From Trichosphaerium sp. ATCC 40318 (lineage: Eukaryota; Protista; Tubulinea), in the NCBI GenBank assembly GCA_038496445.1, contig JALMLS010000216.1:372001-436000 (forward strand): 64,000 bases of DNA, in the 5' to 3' direction. Below, in pieces: positions 52,226-64,000 of the stretch (its first letter is position 1; the number at the start of each line of letters is the position of its first letter). The notes beneath the pieces are model-generated. The model made no database searches and was not told the origin of the DNA. It worked only from the letters and a program-made list of their open reading frames with translations. Position numbers and translations under genes: made by a program.

Positions 52226-53077
52226 ATGCTTGCACATTCTAATAATATTGATTACAGGGTAATCCGTTTGATTACAAGATACAATACCTTAAAATAACAA
52301 ATTTATTAGAGAGCGGCTGTAAAAGCGGAAGAGTGCTATATATTAGACCTTCCAGTTGAGATTCAGCTTGATATTATTGATTTGGACTCATCAGTGTATT
52401 TCAAATGGCCAATCTTGTCAAAACAGGCGGCAATAAACACAAGGTATGATTGTGAGATGAATAAGCATGGAAAATGGCTTTGTAGAAGAAAGAACACTGT
52501 CATAACGCAAACGTGCTGGGAACATGGTATACAAGATGGAGAGTACAAGGGATGGTGGTCTTTTGACCTATTGAAGCACCGGAATGGCACATTGCAAAGG
52601 CATTGTAATTATATCAATGGCAAACGAGAAGGAGAATACAAGGAGTGGTTCAAGAATGGGCAATTGTGGAGCCATAGTAATTACATCAATGACAAACGAC
52701 AAGGAGAATACAAGAAGTGGACCCGTGCTGGCCAATTGCGTATACAGTGTAGTTACATCAATGACAAACGAGAAGGAGAATACAAGGAGTGGTATCGGAA
52801 TGGCACATTGGAAAGGCATTGTAATTATATCAATGGCAAACGAGAAGGAGAATACAAGGAGTGGTTCAAGAATGGGCAATTGTGGAGCCATTGTAATTAC
52901 ATCAATGACAAACAACAAGGAGAATACAAGAAGTGGACCCGTGCTGGCCAATTGCGTATACAGTGTAGTTACATCAATGACAAACGACAAGGAGAATACA
53001 AGGAGTGGTATCAGAATGGCACATTGAGAAGGCATTGTAATTATATCAATGGCAACGAGAAGGAGAATGCCAATTGA
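52226..53077 (+). CDS. F-box-like + MORN-variant (YwqK-like) repeat protein with a frameshifted 3' end
   Basis: MLAHSNNIDYR, an intron, then RAAV...ILDLPVEIQLDII; 24-aa repeats NGxLxxHCNYINGKREGEYKEW. Confidence 0.7.
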
Positions 53078-53130
53078 GGAGCCATTGTAATTACATAAAT
53101 GACAAACAAGAAAGAGAATACAAGAAGTAT
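52580..53130 (+). repeat. 72-bp tandem units organised as a near-perfect 216-bp higher-order repeat
   Basis: Units A-B-C start at 52580 and 52796, and A again at 53012; a degenerate copy follows. Confidence 0.9.
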
Positions 53131-54048
53131 TGATACAGTGATTGATACAATCTTGCAAATGATTGCAATCAATACTGACTTGCTGCAATTGTAGTATTTA
53201 AAACCAGATTCTACATATAAGTGTAGTTGTAAGTAACAGAATCAGTAGGTAAAAAAAGATCCATAGAGCCGAAGCCCAGTAGTCATAGCGAGCAGCAAAT
53301 TACTAATGGATCTGGTAGAAATAGCTGTCATACAGTTTTTATTTACGAGCAAACAAAAAAAAAAAAAAAAGTGGTTCTACATTCTTGCACCAAATACACT
53401 TCACAACCGTCTAATCATAACATACACTATGAATAACTTGTGAGAAAGTTAGCAAAAACTGCTGATCAGTGTGCATTGCGTTTTCTAACCATTCGTGGAA
53501 CTAGAAAACTCGCATTTTTTTGGATTGCTCGAGAACGACAAGTTCTCATCATGTGCTTTCGTTCTAAAAGAATGCCCAAGGGACAAACATAATTGAGATT
53601 ATGTATTCTTATTCCTACTCAGTTTATATTCGATAGAACACGCAAACAATGTAAATAGTGTCGAAGATATGTAAGAGTAAACGTTTACTTAGACGTAGTG
53701 CTACTGTTATTTTTAAGGGTTGTCCATTCTTGTGCATTCAGTGCACATGGACAGCAACAGAGTTATGTTTGATTTCTTTTCGTTCAGTACAAAGCATTAG
53801 GTAGTATCATATTTGTAAGGAGGCAGTTTATTGTTTAAGAACGAGTGTAGTACAATAAACGTTGTACAAATACTGAATATGTGTAAAAGATAACGTTATT
53901 TACCAAAGTGCATATTAGGGTGCACTGGGAATTTCACTACACCGTTGATAGGTGAACCAGACATATGGTTGTACATCAACAGAAGCAAATAAAGACCACA
54001 CCTACATAAGAACTTAATGAGAATACTAAATAAAAACAACTCTTGCTG

Positions 54049-55139
54049 TTACTCGTACGGAGATACAAATAGATAACAGTATTTATCAAGATTTTCTTTA
54101 GGCCCAGGTCCTTTATGGCGTGTCTTGGTAAACCGAGAGTATTGTTTGTCTTCTGTAGTGAAAGAGAAGTCCCCGACTTTTACCCCATGATAAAGAACTT
54201 CAGAAGTCATTTTGTGGAATGTCCCGTTGTATGGACATCCTTCTCCTGGGTCAATTCTTCTTGTAAAGCTTTCGTTTGTTGTCATTTTCACTTCTACACA
54301 ATAGCACTCCTTAGAAACACGTGTCATCGTCTTAAAACCTCGTCTTATTTTATACTCAGAGTATTCTTCATTTGGCATTGCTTTCAGCTCTTCCACACAA
54401 GTAGGTGCTATCTTGCCATCTAGTTATTAGTAAAGTACCTTTAATATAATATTTGCTCGTACCTGTAAGATAGAAATACTTTCTTTCATACAAGGGATCT
54501 GTTTCAATGTAGTAGTAGTTGTAAGACTCCTGAGAAAGAAAAAAGTCAAAAAACAAAGTTGCAAGACTTAACTGCTACGCACGTAAATAAAAACTGACTT
54601 GTCTTCTCCACAATGAATCATGCTAGTATCAGTAGGTACTGTCTGTTGACACTACAGATCGTAAGAAATAGATTTGAAACAGATTTCAGTGAAGTACCGT
54701 ATGAAGTCGTTTAAAAGCTTGAAAATAGCTTTCTGATTGTTGCTTTACTGTATGACCCCATCTTGAATTCATCAAAACTAGTTTTAACCATTGTCAGATA
54801 AACAACATGACATGCGACTAGGTACGTTTCCATAAAGATTCATGGGCTATCGACTTGTTTAAAGCGCTACAAGCACATGAAAGTAACAAAGCATCGTTAA
54901 AACACCCAAGATTACCTACAACAATACGCTGTGAGGTATTGTGACGAATGAAGAGGTTATTGCTTACATATCACATGTATAAGTTCGTAAGGAAGACTTG
55001 TCAGGTTGTGATCGTCTACTGCGTGCGAAAGCTGTGCTTTACTCATTGGGGTTCCTTTTTTAAAGACGTTGTGGTCAAAGTACACTAGTGACGGGTTAAG
55101 TGAATTGAAAACCATTTCAAAACAATTCTTATCTTCCAT
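54049..55139 (-). CDS. F-box protein, multi-exon
   Basis: Spliced NLTSLPYELIHVICNLGCFNDALLLSCACSALNKSIAHESLWK. Confidence 0.6.
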
Positions 55140-56921
55140 CGGAAAATCTAGGTTCTACTGACCCACTATGACACTACAAGAGTACTTACTCTGAACTTAA
55201 AGACCCAGCCATGTTTCAGTAAGTTCGATAGTAGTTTAAGATGTCACGTGCTTTTTTTTCTTTAGAACACTTGTAAAATCGTGGCTGTATCCTTGATAGT
55301 TGATACATACAAAGAGCACCTAAGATTAAAGCCAAGCTCAACCCTCGGCATCGCTGCTCTCATGTTCATATTTGTGTAACCTATCTTCGCATGCTTAGTA
55401 TACGTTAACATAAACCCGTAGTGAGCAGCTGGTGTTTAGGTTCTACTTGTGATTAAGAAACAAGAGTGGAGCTCGTAGCTTGCGCATATGGAGCACTGAG
55501 CCAATAAGTACTGGAATGAGATTGCTGCATAAGTAATTGCCTTGTGACGTGCTATGTATTCAGGATTGGCGTTCGATGTTCAACTTGTTTCGGGAACTCT
55601 TAATGTATCACCTACATCCACTATACCTTTCAACTAGAATTCAAATACACGTTCAATACTTACTACTGCATGCTATTGCACTATCAATTCTATTCTGATT
55701 GATTGGTGAAGAGCTGTAAGAGCATTGTAAACAGAACCTCTTTCTTTGCTATCTTGTAAATACTGCAAGTATTATGTTCTCTTTAATAAACATCTATTAT
55801 CCAAAACCTGGTTACACGTATAGATAAACGGTATGAATGTTTATTTATAGTACTACGATCGTGAGGGTTGTATACCTTGAAGTGCAATAATGTAGTTTAC
55901 ACCAAGGGAAGGTTGATGGTTTGAAAACTGTTGTCCTTGTCCTGCGGATGCTGTGGTTCCAGTGACATCAACGGTAGCTTCAATAGTTGTTGTCGCACTT
56001 AAAGTACCTTGAAAAGACAAGTTATGACAAGATACCAAAGGATAGGGAGAAAAAACTATCATACGAACCTTTGTCAACTGTCAATCCTGATGTATCTACT
56101 CCAAGAGACAGGTTCACATTACCTGATGTACTGCCTATCACCCTATCCTCCTCCACTTTGATAGGACAACGCGCATTCAAAGATTGACAAGTGTCTACAA
56201 CTCGCACAAGATTAAATAGAGTGCCAGTAGAGCAAGGTGGTCCTTCTCCTGGAAGTCCTCTTGAAAGTGTTACGTCAGCTGTAACGTCCAAATTCAAGTC
56301 TACATTTGGATCACCAGTGATTGAAGCGCTTCCTGATATTGTGGGTTGACCTTCAATTGTTGTTGTAGCAGTGGTGAAGTCAACTGTTTGATCCATGGAT
56401 GATACTGAGTGTGAATGAGAAGGCATATTTACCTCAGCTAGAGTTGTACTAGCAGCTCCAAACTTTTCTCCCAATCGGATGCTTGGTAAATCTTGTATTC
56501 TCTTAGAAATCACATGTAGCGTCAAGTTGTACCTGGTGCTTTTTCAGCTGCGTGTACGGGTACTCTTCCACGAAGATCTGGGAGCCTAATGTGTGTAAAT
56601 ATCCTTTTATTTGCGCAAGTCTATCAAGTATAGTAACATTTTAAGAAGGCGGTACAAAAGGCAAGTAGTGTCAAAACAATGCCTTGCACAGGCTTCACCA
56701 TAACGTTGTTACTTTGCCAAAATTCGAGGCTTCAAGTGCTCAAAACGCTGCGACAATTGTGGGGTGATCAAATGCTGATTTTGGTAAGTTAACTCACGCA
56801 AAAGTGGTTCTACCATCGCCTCCATATGTAGGTCCAATCAGGCTGAACAAAGCCTCGTAATTTTGAGTTGCTACAATGGGAAAGTAGTAGCAACGTCTCA
56901 ACTTTAAATAACTTACCCAAT

Positions 56922-58018
56922 GAGGGATAACCCGCAAAAATTTTTGGCTGGCTATCTCTATGTGGATAAGTCGCACATTTTTTTGTTCACTTATCTCTAT
57001 CATAAAATGCTTTCTTACTACTCAGCTCGTGACCACGTGCACAAAAAACTTTCCCAAACAACGTTTTGGGCAATGCAGGCATATGTTGAAAAGCATGAGC
57101 CTATTTTGTGGGCTCTTGAGAGATCACATGGTTTTTTAGCCAAAATGTTGGTCTTTACACTTTACCTTGATCTGGTTGGTATTGGCATGTCTCACTTACA
57201 CCAAAAAACAAAAAATTGGATCAAAATAGGCAACAATTCTGTACAACACAACGTGTACAAAATTAGAGAAGTTCTTTATGCCTGGGCAAATACAGTGCTT
57301 GTGGTGGGTACAGCCAGCAACTGGACAGCAGCAGCAAGGAACGTTAAGAAACCAGAACTACTTAAAGCTGTTAATTTATGGATGGATTCTTCAGACTTTA
57401 GGCTAACAGGCAAACACACCACATCTAGAAAGAGTGACCTATGGTCATACAAACTGAATGCTCCTGGAAGACGATACATGGCCATAATGGATGGAAAAGG
57501 CCATTTTCGAAAGATCTATGGTGGGTACTCTCCAAAGGTGTATGACAGCACATTCCTTGAGGTAATGCGAGAGCCCTTTACTAGGACCTTTGAAGGTGCA
57601 ACAATCATTGCTGACAACCACTTCAGAAAGGCACAGCAATACTTTAAAACTTTAACAATACATGCTAATTTAAAAGAACCACGGAATAGCACCAAGACAA
57701 AAACTGGGAGAAGTATCAAAGTACTCACTAAGGAACAGTGCAAGTACAATGCAGCTATCAAAACTCTCCGTGCACGAGTGGAGTGCCCATTTGGCCAGAT
57801 AAAGAATAAATTCAAAAAATTATCAAAAGCGTGGTTTGGGCCAGCCATCCAAATGGACTACCTTGTCTTTCTTGCAGCAGCTGTACACAACCTCACACGT
57901 TAAATAAAAGTTGGTTTTAGTCCAAAAGAGTTTTTTGTTGAGTCATGTGACAGGTACAAATAAAGTGGTAAAAAAAGCATAGAGATAGCCAGCCGAAAAA
58001 TTATGCGGGTTATCCCTC
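56922..58018 (+). mobile_element. 1097-bp DDE DNA transposon (IS5 / PIF-Harbinger-related) with 41-bp TIRs and an AAT target-site duplication
   Basis: TIRs GAGGGATAACCCGC...GGCTGGCTATCTCTATG (38/41 match); AAT at 56919-56921 and 58019-58021. Confidence 0.92.
57007..57903 (+). CDS. DDE_Tnp_4-like transposase, intronless and intact
   Basis: LWMDSSDF (D), WSYK, IIADNHF (D), YN...RARVECPFGQIKNKF (E). Confidence 0.88.
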   Translation: MLSYYSARDHVHKKLSQTTFWAMQAYVEKHEPILWALERSHGFLAKMLVFTLYLDLVGIGMSHLHQKTKNWIKIGNNSVQHNVYKIREVLYAWANTVLVVGTASNWTAAARNVKKPELLKAVNLWMDSSDFRLTGKHTTSRKSDLWSYKLNAPGRRYMAIMDGKGHFRKIYGGYSPKVYDSTFLEVMREPFTRTFEGATIIADNHFRKAQQYFKTLTIHANLKEPRNSTKTKTGRSIKVLTKEQCKYNAAIKTLRARVECPFGQIKNKFKKLSKAWFGPAIQMDYLVFLAAAVHNLTR

Positions 58019-58684
58019 AATAGCTGACCATTACAAAACGCCCAACCTCTGGGCGCAAAATTGCCAGCAAACATTCTTATCTCTCCAATGAAAGGTTCAG
58101 ACGCTTGTGATACAATTAAACAGCTCAGCAAGACAGACATAATCTATTCGTTTTATCAGCTTTTGTACACGTGATAATTAGTTTAACTATCCAGTACCAA
58201 GAATTGAGGTGCCATGCTCTTGAGTTTAGTTGGATTTGAATAGATAGCTATCCAGTTTTGTTCAGTTAATATAGTAACGTGAGATATTCGCTAATTAGGT
58301 ATCTCTCGAAAATAAAAGTACAAAAGTTGACAAAAGTTAATGCTCTCTTGCTGCTGGAAGATTACGCGTAGTTAATGGGTGCTTGAAACAATGTTAATAG
58401 GCGATTTTGCAATCAAATAGTGTGGGTTTTTTTAGTATACATGTGTAGAGGTAAATTATTTACAAGCTTTGTTCAAAGATATCAAGAAAAAATGGCAAAA
58501 CGAAAAGTTTTTTTTCACAAATTATCTACTGCTCTCCACCCTTATCAGGCACATCCGAAACAACCATGCTAAAAAATATATATTAATACTTGTTCAAAAA
58601 TAAAAATCTATCAAACCACGTGTCAGATTTCAAGGTTCTCCAAAAAAGTTGAGAGAAAAAAAAAAGAAAAAAGAAAAAACCAAC

Positions 58685-60158
58685 TTACTTCTGTAACAAT
58701 GATCTTATAACAGATATCTCTTGGTTAATAAATGTTTGTTGTAATGATAGTTGATTTAAACGTGAATCAAGCTTATTCAAAATAAGAGCTAAACATAATT
58801 TTGTAGTCTGTTGATCAGAAGACTCAATCAACTTTTGAATTAAGTCTTGATTATTCAATGAATTTGTGTTTGTGTTTGTAGTACTCTGTCCATTATTTAT
58901 ATTATTTTCATTACCCTGACCAATAAGAGAAGACAAAACATCTAGATTAAGACCTAAGTTATTAACAACAACTTTTTTCTTCTGCGGCCAAGTAGTCGTT
59001 GTATTTTCTTCCTGTCTTTGTCTTTTTTCTTTTGGTGTACTTTTTTCCTTCATTATTGATCCTTCCTCATCATTCATATCCTTACGCTTACGCTCCTTAG
59101 GTTTTCCTGGTACTGTAGATTGTTGTTGAGGTTTTTTAGATTTAACATTACCCGGTATATGTCGGACTTTTGACCAGCTTGAAAAATGTGTGCTTGAAAA
59201 ATTATGCTTTAAAGACGGAAGAGGAACTTTAGGTCTAGAGTCATTAAAATGGCTCCTACGCCTTCTTCTATGTTTAATAGGGTTCCTAGCTTGTCTACGC
59301 CTTGGATGGTTTTGTGATTGTGACGGTTTAGTTCTACCACGATCAGGTGAAGGTGAAGCGTTATTGATCTTTGCTTTTTTTGTTGCTTTTCCACGCTCTA
59401 TTAATTCTTTTTCTATGGCTCTCTAGAGATTGAAAAACTGCGTTAACACGGGTACCAGTATGTCAATCAAAACAAACATTCATTTCAAAAATCTTCCATA
59501 AAGAAGAAACCACAGACGACAGGCGTAAATGAACGCGTCAAATGTCAGGGTTGAAATGACAAGAAAAGTTTGAGAAAAATAATCGTACCTTAGCTGACTT
59601 TGCTGTCTTTTTCTCTGTTTTATCTTCTGGAGGTACAGTGAGTTTTGTTGGAGACTCTAAAGTAGGGTTTACGTTATCATTCACTTGAGAGTCCGATGGT
59701 TTTTTCTGAGAGAGTTTGTGGGCGAGTATAACTCGTTTTCCACTCCAAGCAGGTTTGCTAGGCGAGCTTTCAGTGCTACTTGGGGTTGTTTCTGGCTTTT
59801 GAGGCGATTTAGAGCAAAAAACTTCTTTTTGTTCTTGTTTTTCTTGTTTTGAATCATCATTCGTTGTACTAGATGGTTCTGCAAGTGATTCTGCGAGTGG
59901 TTCTGTTTTTGTAGATTCCTTAATTTTTGTTTGAGTTTCACCGACTTCTGTAGAAACTGCTTCAGCTGATTTTTTTCTACGCTTTTTGGGCTCTTGCTCT
60001 TGGCTCTTTTCGTTTGGCGAATTGCTGTTTGGTGATTCCTTCGATGAAGGTTCTTCAACCGACGAACGTTTTTTGCTTGGTTTCTTCTCCTCGACGCAGG
60101 TACTCGATGCTTTAGCCGGTGAACCTGTTTTGGCTTTTCTAGAATGGAATAAGGACAA
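58685..60158 (-). CDS. Low-complexity Lys/Ser/Glu-rich protein with a C-terminal coiled coil
   Basis: Two large exons; basic NLS-like clusters; LDSRLNQLSLQQTFINQEISVIRSLL. Confidence 0.55.
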
Positions 60159-60894
60159 AATCTACTCTAAGTCGAATAGCAAACAGTTTTAACGGCGCAG
60201 TGGCGTGTAATGCTGTGAATTAGTTTGATAGTTAAATTAAACTACGATTTGCTTTACCTGTCAACCCTACGCTTCTTCTTCGCTTTTACTTCCTTTTTTG
60301 GCGTTGTCTTGGTTGTTTTAGCGTTGTCAGGAGAGCCAAATCTAAAAAATATTTAATGGTTAGTTGATTGACACCTATTGTACCTGAATATTGTATTATC
60401 CGATGTACTCTGCTGTTGTGCCTAATGTATGCATTAACAATCTCGTGTAAAATGTGCAAAAAAGTTTCTAACGCTCTCCAAACGTACTGGTAACCCAAAG
60501 TGATACTTCTTTTCGAAATTGAATGAAAACTCTGATTGTTGGCGAATCTGGAGCTTACGCAACCTCTACCATAACTATTAGCTTCTCCGATATATTGATA
60601 GCGTTACCTGTATCGCTGCGGCTTTCTTGCGCAGCCTAGCAATCAAAACTTCACGGCGTTCTGTACTATTCATGGGCGCAACGCCAAAACGGAAGTAGAT
60701 GAAAGGTTAATGCAAATTGTACTGAGATAACAAAGTATGGATTTTCGCTACCAAATTTAATTCAGAAAAGCAGACTTGTTAACACCTTTGTAAAACTATA
60801 AATCATAGTTTCTTAGTATCTTATTGAAGCTGTAGCTGCCGTCAAAACGTAACAATGCTTTGGTTGCACAGTTGTCAATTACAGTTGATTTATT

Positions 60895-61498
60895 TTATTC
60901 TGTGTATTCTTTACCCGTGAACGGACTTTCCTCAGACTCTGTACGACCTTCAACAGGCATAACACACATTACAGCACTTCCTCTACAAACCTAGTACATG
61001 ATTAGACAATTAAACGCACTGGAAAAAAAAAAAACAAAGCTGGGCGTGTACTGTTAGACCAATATCTCTGAATTCATCAAGTAGTCTATAAGGATCCTCA
61101 GGATCTTTAACATGCGTCAGATGGAATTTAAACGTGATTAGGAATAGTACCGCGTAAATATTCTCTTGTGTTGTCTAGCACCAAGTTGACGAGTGTATCA
61201 TATCTGTTAAGCGATTAGAACGTACGTGAGTACAGCGGATTACCCTTTTAGAGTGCCAATAACTAAAATACAAGTTAAAAAGGTGTTTATGCGAATCTAC
61301 GCGTCGGTTTGATGTTTATCACATTTGTAAACGATTTAGACAAGCAACTGATAAATTAGTTACGAAACATACCTTCTCTGCCTCCATTAAACTTTACTGA
61401 TATCTCTTTGTCGATGTAACCATTCAAATCCAATATTGGTTCTTTTCGCGTTGCCTACTCGAAAATTAACAAGTACTACACTTGCATGTTCATACCAT
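60895..61498 (-). CDS. LSM7: Sm-like protein LSm7
   Basis: Spliced MATRKEPILDLNGYIDKEISVKFNGGREVIGTLKGYDTLVNLVLDNT...DPEDPYRL...CRGSAVMCV. Confidence 0.85.
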
Positions 61499-61671
61499 TG
61501 TGTAAAATGCCACTTCTTTTTTGCCAACACTTAATAAAACTGCTATTAAGTCCTCGTGCTTTCTGACAGGTCCAACACCGCTTTCAACAGCCCTACAAGC
61601 ATCGAGACATCATTTTGTACTAATTAACAACGTTCAACAGTTGTGATAGCATTAGTACATGAGCTTATAAG

Positions 61672-64000
61672 ATGGCGTATTCACACCAACAGCTCTTTGA
61701 AGGCCAGAACTTCTTCCTTTCAGAAGAATTGACTCTTGTTGAGCTGAACAGGATCAGAAAAGCTTTACATGACCATGGTGGTAACGTTGTGGACGTAGAG
61801 AGCGATAATGCAATAATTGTCATTCCTCGATTTTCTGAAGGGGTAAATATTATTTAACCTCTCACACGCATTAAAACAACGATGAACCAACGTACATAAC
61901 GTTTATATTAATTTTTGTTAGCACCATTTCGCCAGGCTTTATGAAACGGCTAAAAACGAGCAAGCCGACAATGGAGGGATTCTCTTCTTACCAACAATAG
62001 GTACAGAACCGTTTTATTATTTTTTTTCCGTTAAACAAGAGAATCCCAGCAACATTCATTTTTTTTGGAAGATTTATTTACACTTCTTCCAATAGAATCC
62101 GACCTCATTTTTGCGTACATAAAAGAAAACAGGCCTCTTAATCCTACTTTATTACCTCTATCTTCACATTGTCTCGAGGGATTCATAATTACATCAACAA
62201 ACCTCTCAAGTGACACGGTTCGGTTTTTTGTTTTAAATGTTACAAAAACAAAAAAAGATGATTTTTTTTTCTAGGAGCGTCTTTCTCTCATTTCGAAATT
62301 TTTGGGTGCAACGTATACACCAGATCTAATAGCTGGTACTACATGCCTTTTGACGACAGATCCAGTACAGCTCACTGATAAAATACGCGTAAGTTTAAAC
62401 AGGTTTTATTTCCATCAAAATCTGATCGATTAGTCATTTCTCGAGCTGACTGTCCTGTAGGAAGCCATTAAAACTGGTGTTCAAATAATTAAGTATACAT
62501 GGCTTACTACTTGTTGGGAGCATAGAAAGCGATTACGCTTAGCTAGTAAATATATATTGTGCACTCTTTTTAGAAATATGCGTATTTGTCCAAGTGGTCA
62601 AAAAGGTACTACTAACCTCTTCGAGTTAGAGTTATATTTGTGGTATACAATCACCACCTTATATTTGATTTAGACAGACATGCATTAGAAGAGTTGGTTG
62701 TCATAAATGGAGGAGAGTTTCACGCTGCTCTAACGAAAAAAACAGTCACACATTTAATAGTTGCGGTTAGTTTTTATCAAAGTACATTTTTGTCCTGCTT
62801 ACTATCTTTCCTTAGCCAGAATCAAAGGACTTTAGGACACATGCCAAATCAAAATACGCACATGCTAAATCGTGGAATATACCCGTCGCGCGAACAGAAT
62901 GGCTCTACGAGTGTGTTAAGCAAAAGAGTACGCGAAGCTATTTCACAAAAAACTGTTAACCACAATTTAGGGATTGTGGATATACAAGACTATTTGTATA
63001 CAGCTCCTGAAAATGGTGTTGAAACTAGTCAAACATCTACAGAGCGTAGTCTTATTATTGATGAGAACACGTACGTTCAGTTAATTGTTGAAAAACGAAA
63101 AAAATACCACTTTCTATCATTTTCTTCAATTTACATTTCCACGAACTCTTTTGCACCTCAATGCTTCTTCTCACTTCGAGTCTTGAATGTTGTGCTTTAG
63201 AGTAAGACTAATATTTGAAGCGTATTTATTTCAGTTTAAATTATTGTAGCTCATAATTTGCTCAAGCTAATTGTTGCTCTAGATCTGATTCAGTTCAAAT
63301 TAGAGGACAAAATAACTCACGATTACTTTCGTTTTTTGATAGTTGTCGGTTTTATCTTTGCGATTACAACGATAATGAACGTTACAGATACTCTAATAAT
63401 ATTGTTCATGGCGGTGGTCGTTGCGAGGATCGATTGACTAATGCTGTAACGCACATTATTGTACAAAACACAATTTCAAGGTGAGTGATGTTAGGATTTT
63501 TTTTGAAAATTATTTACACCCAATCAAGGAAAGATGCACAAACAATTAAGCATCTTGCAGTTCGACCTTACATTATAGATCATGCTTGGCTAATAAAAAG
63601 TCTCTCACAGTCAAAGAGGGTAGCTGAAAAAGGCTATGAGTTGAATGGTATGTTTTATTTTTAAGGAATTAACTTAATTTCTATGATTAGAATCATTGCT
63701 CGGTTTGGTGGAACCTGACAACAATCACATACAGAAATCAAATGTCCAACCAAACGCAAATCAAGGATTATCACATAATGTTCCAATCAGGAGCACAATG
63801 TTTGAAGAATTTGTATTTTTAATTAAGGATTTTCAGCCACGTGATGTACAACATTTATTATTTCATAAATGTCACTAATTATGTTTAGCTTGATAGACTT
63901 CAACGCGAATTAAGAGCTCAATCCGGAAAAGTGTACTTGGCAAATGATAATTATGAGCCTTCACAAATAAGTTACACAATTTGTCCTCATGGCACAGGTA
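61672..64000 (+). CDS. Multi-BRCT protein, TopBP1/Rad4-like; runs off the window end
   Basis: Successive BRCT units: LGATYTPDL...KYTWLTTCW; NGGEFHAALTKKTVTHLIV...KYAHAKSWNIPVARTEWLYEC; GGGRCEDRLTNAVTHIIV...HAWLIKS. Confidence 0.75.

Larger units (their letters stand above)
55853..58215 (-). pseudogene. Secreted phage tail-collar / tail-fibre-like (MdpB-like) protein gene, intron-containing, interrupted by a transposon
   Basis: Signal peptide MAPQFLIMSVLLSCLIVSQA; EPFIGEIRMFAGNFAPRGWAFCNGQLL [element] ATQNYEALFSLIGPTYGGDGRTTFALPDLRGRVPVH; MPSHSH; NHQPSLGVNYIIALQG. Confidence 0.85.

Noticed and set aside
52580-53130. CRISPR-like appearance of the periodic repeats
   Set aside because: They are contiguous in-frame coding repeats without unique spacers, no cas genes are present, and the context is eukaryotic.
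52568-53188. Long antisense and alternative-frame ORFs over the MORN repeats
   Set aside because: These are by-products of a stop-free tandem repeat; there is no independent coding evidence.
56920-57006. ORF-track extension of the transposase to an ATG at 56920
   Set aside because: That ATG is created by the target duplication plus the TIR and begins outside the element; 57007 is the more plausible start.

Overview
This is gene-dense, AT-rich nuclear DNA from a unicellular eukaryote. Most genes carry many short (about 40-100 nt) spliceosomal introns, mostly GT-AG and some GC-AG, often with CTAAC-like branch points. An amoeboid protist is a plausible source, but that is inference only. Exon structures and protein sequences were assembled by eye, so boundaries are approximate. 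Recognisable housekeeping genes are IST1, VPS28, ORC3, LSM7, cyclophilin, a quinone oxidoreductase, a TopBP1-like BRCT protein and tRNA-Asp. The standout is a family of two paralogous intron-rich genes built from about 75-aa Trp-rich tandem repeats followed by a PD-(D/E)XK/RAP-like nuclease domain. One copy (11155-15046) is additionally fused to an apparently intact small ATP-dependent DNA ligase, suggesting a modular recognise-cut-rejoin enzyme. Other notable items: a secreted, intron-containing phage tail-collar/fibre gene knocked out by a compact 1.1-kb DDE transposon (41-bp TIRs, AAT target duplication); six F-box-like genes (LRR, MORN-variant, NuiA-like and other C-termini) sharing an upstream CACGTG + TAAGTT motif pair; and an apparently catalytically dead Ubc6-like E2 fused to LRR and two U-box/RING-like domains.
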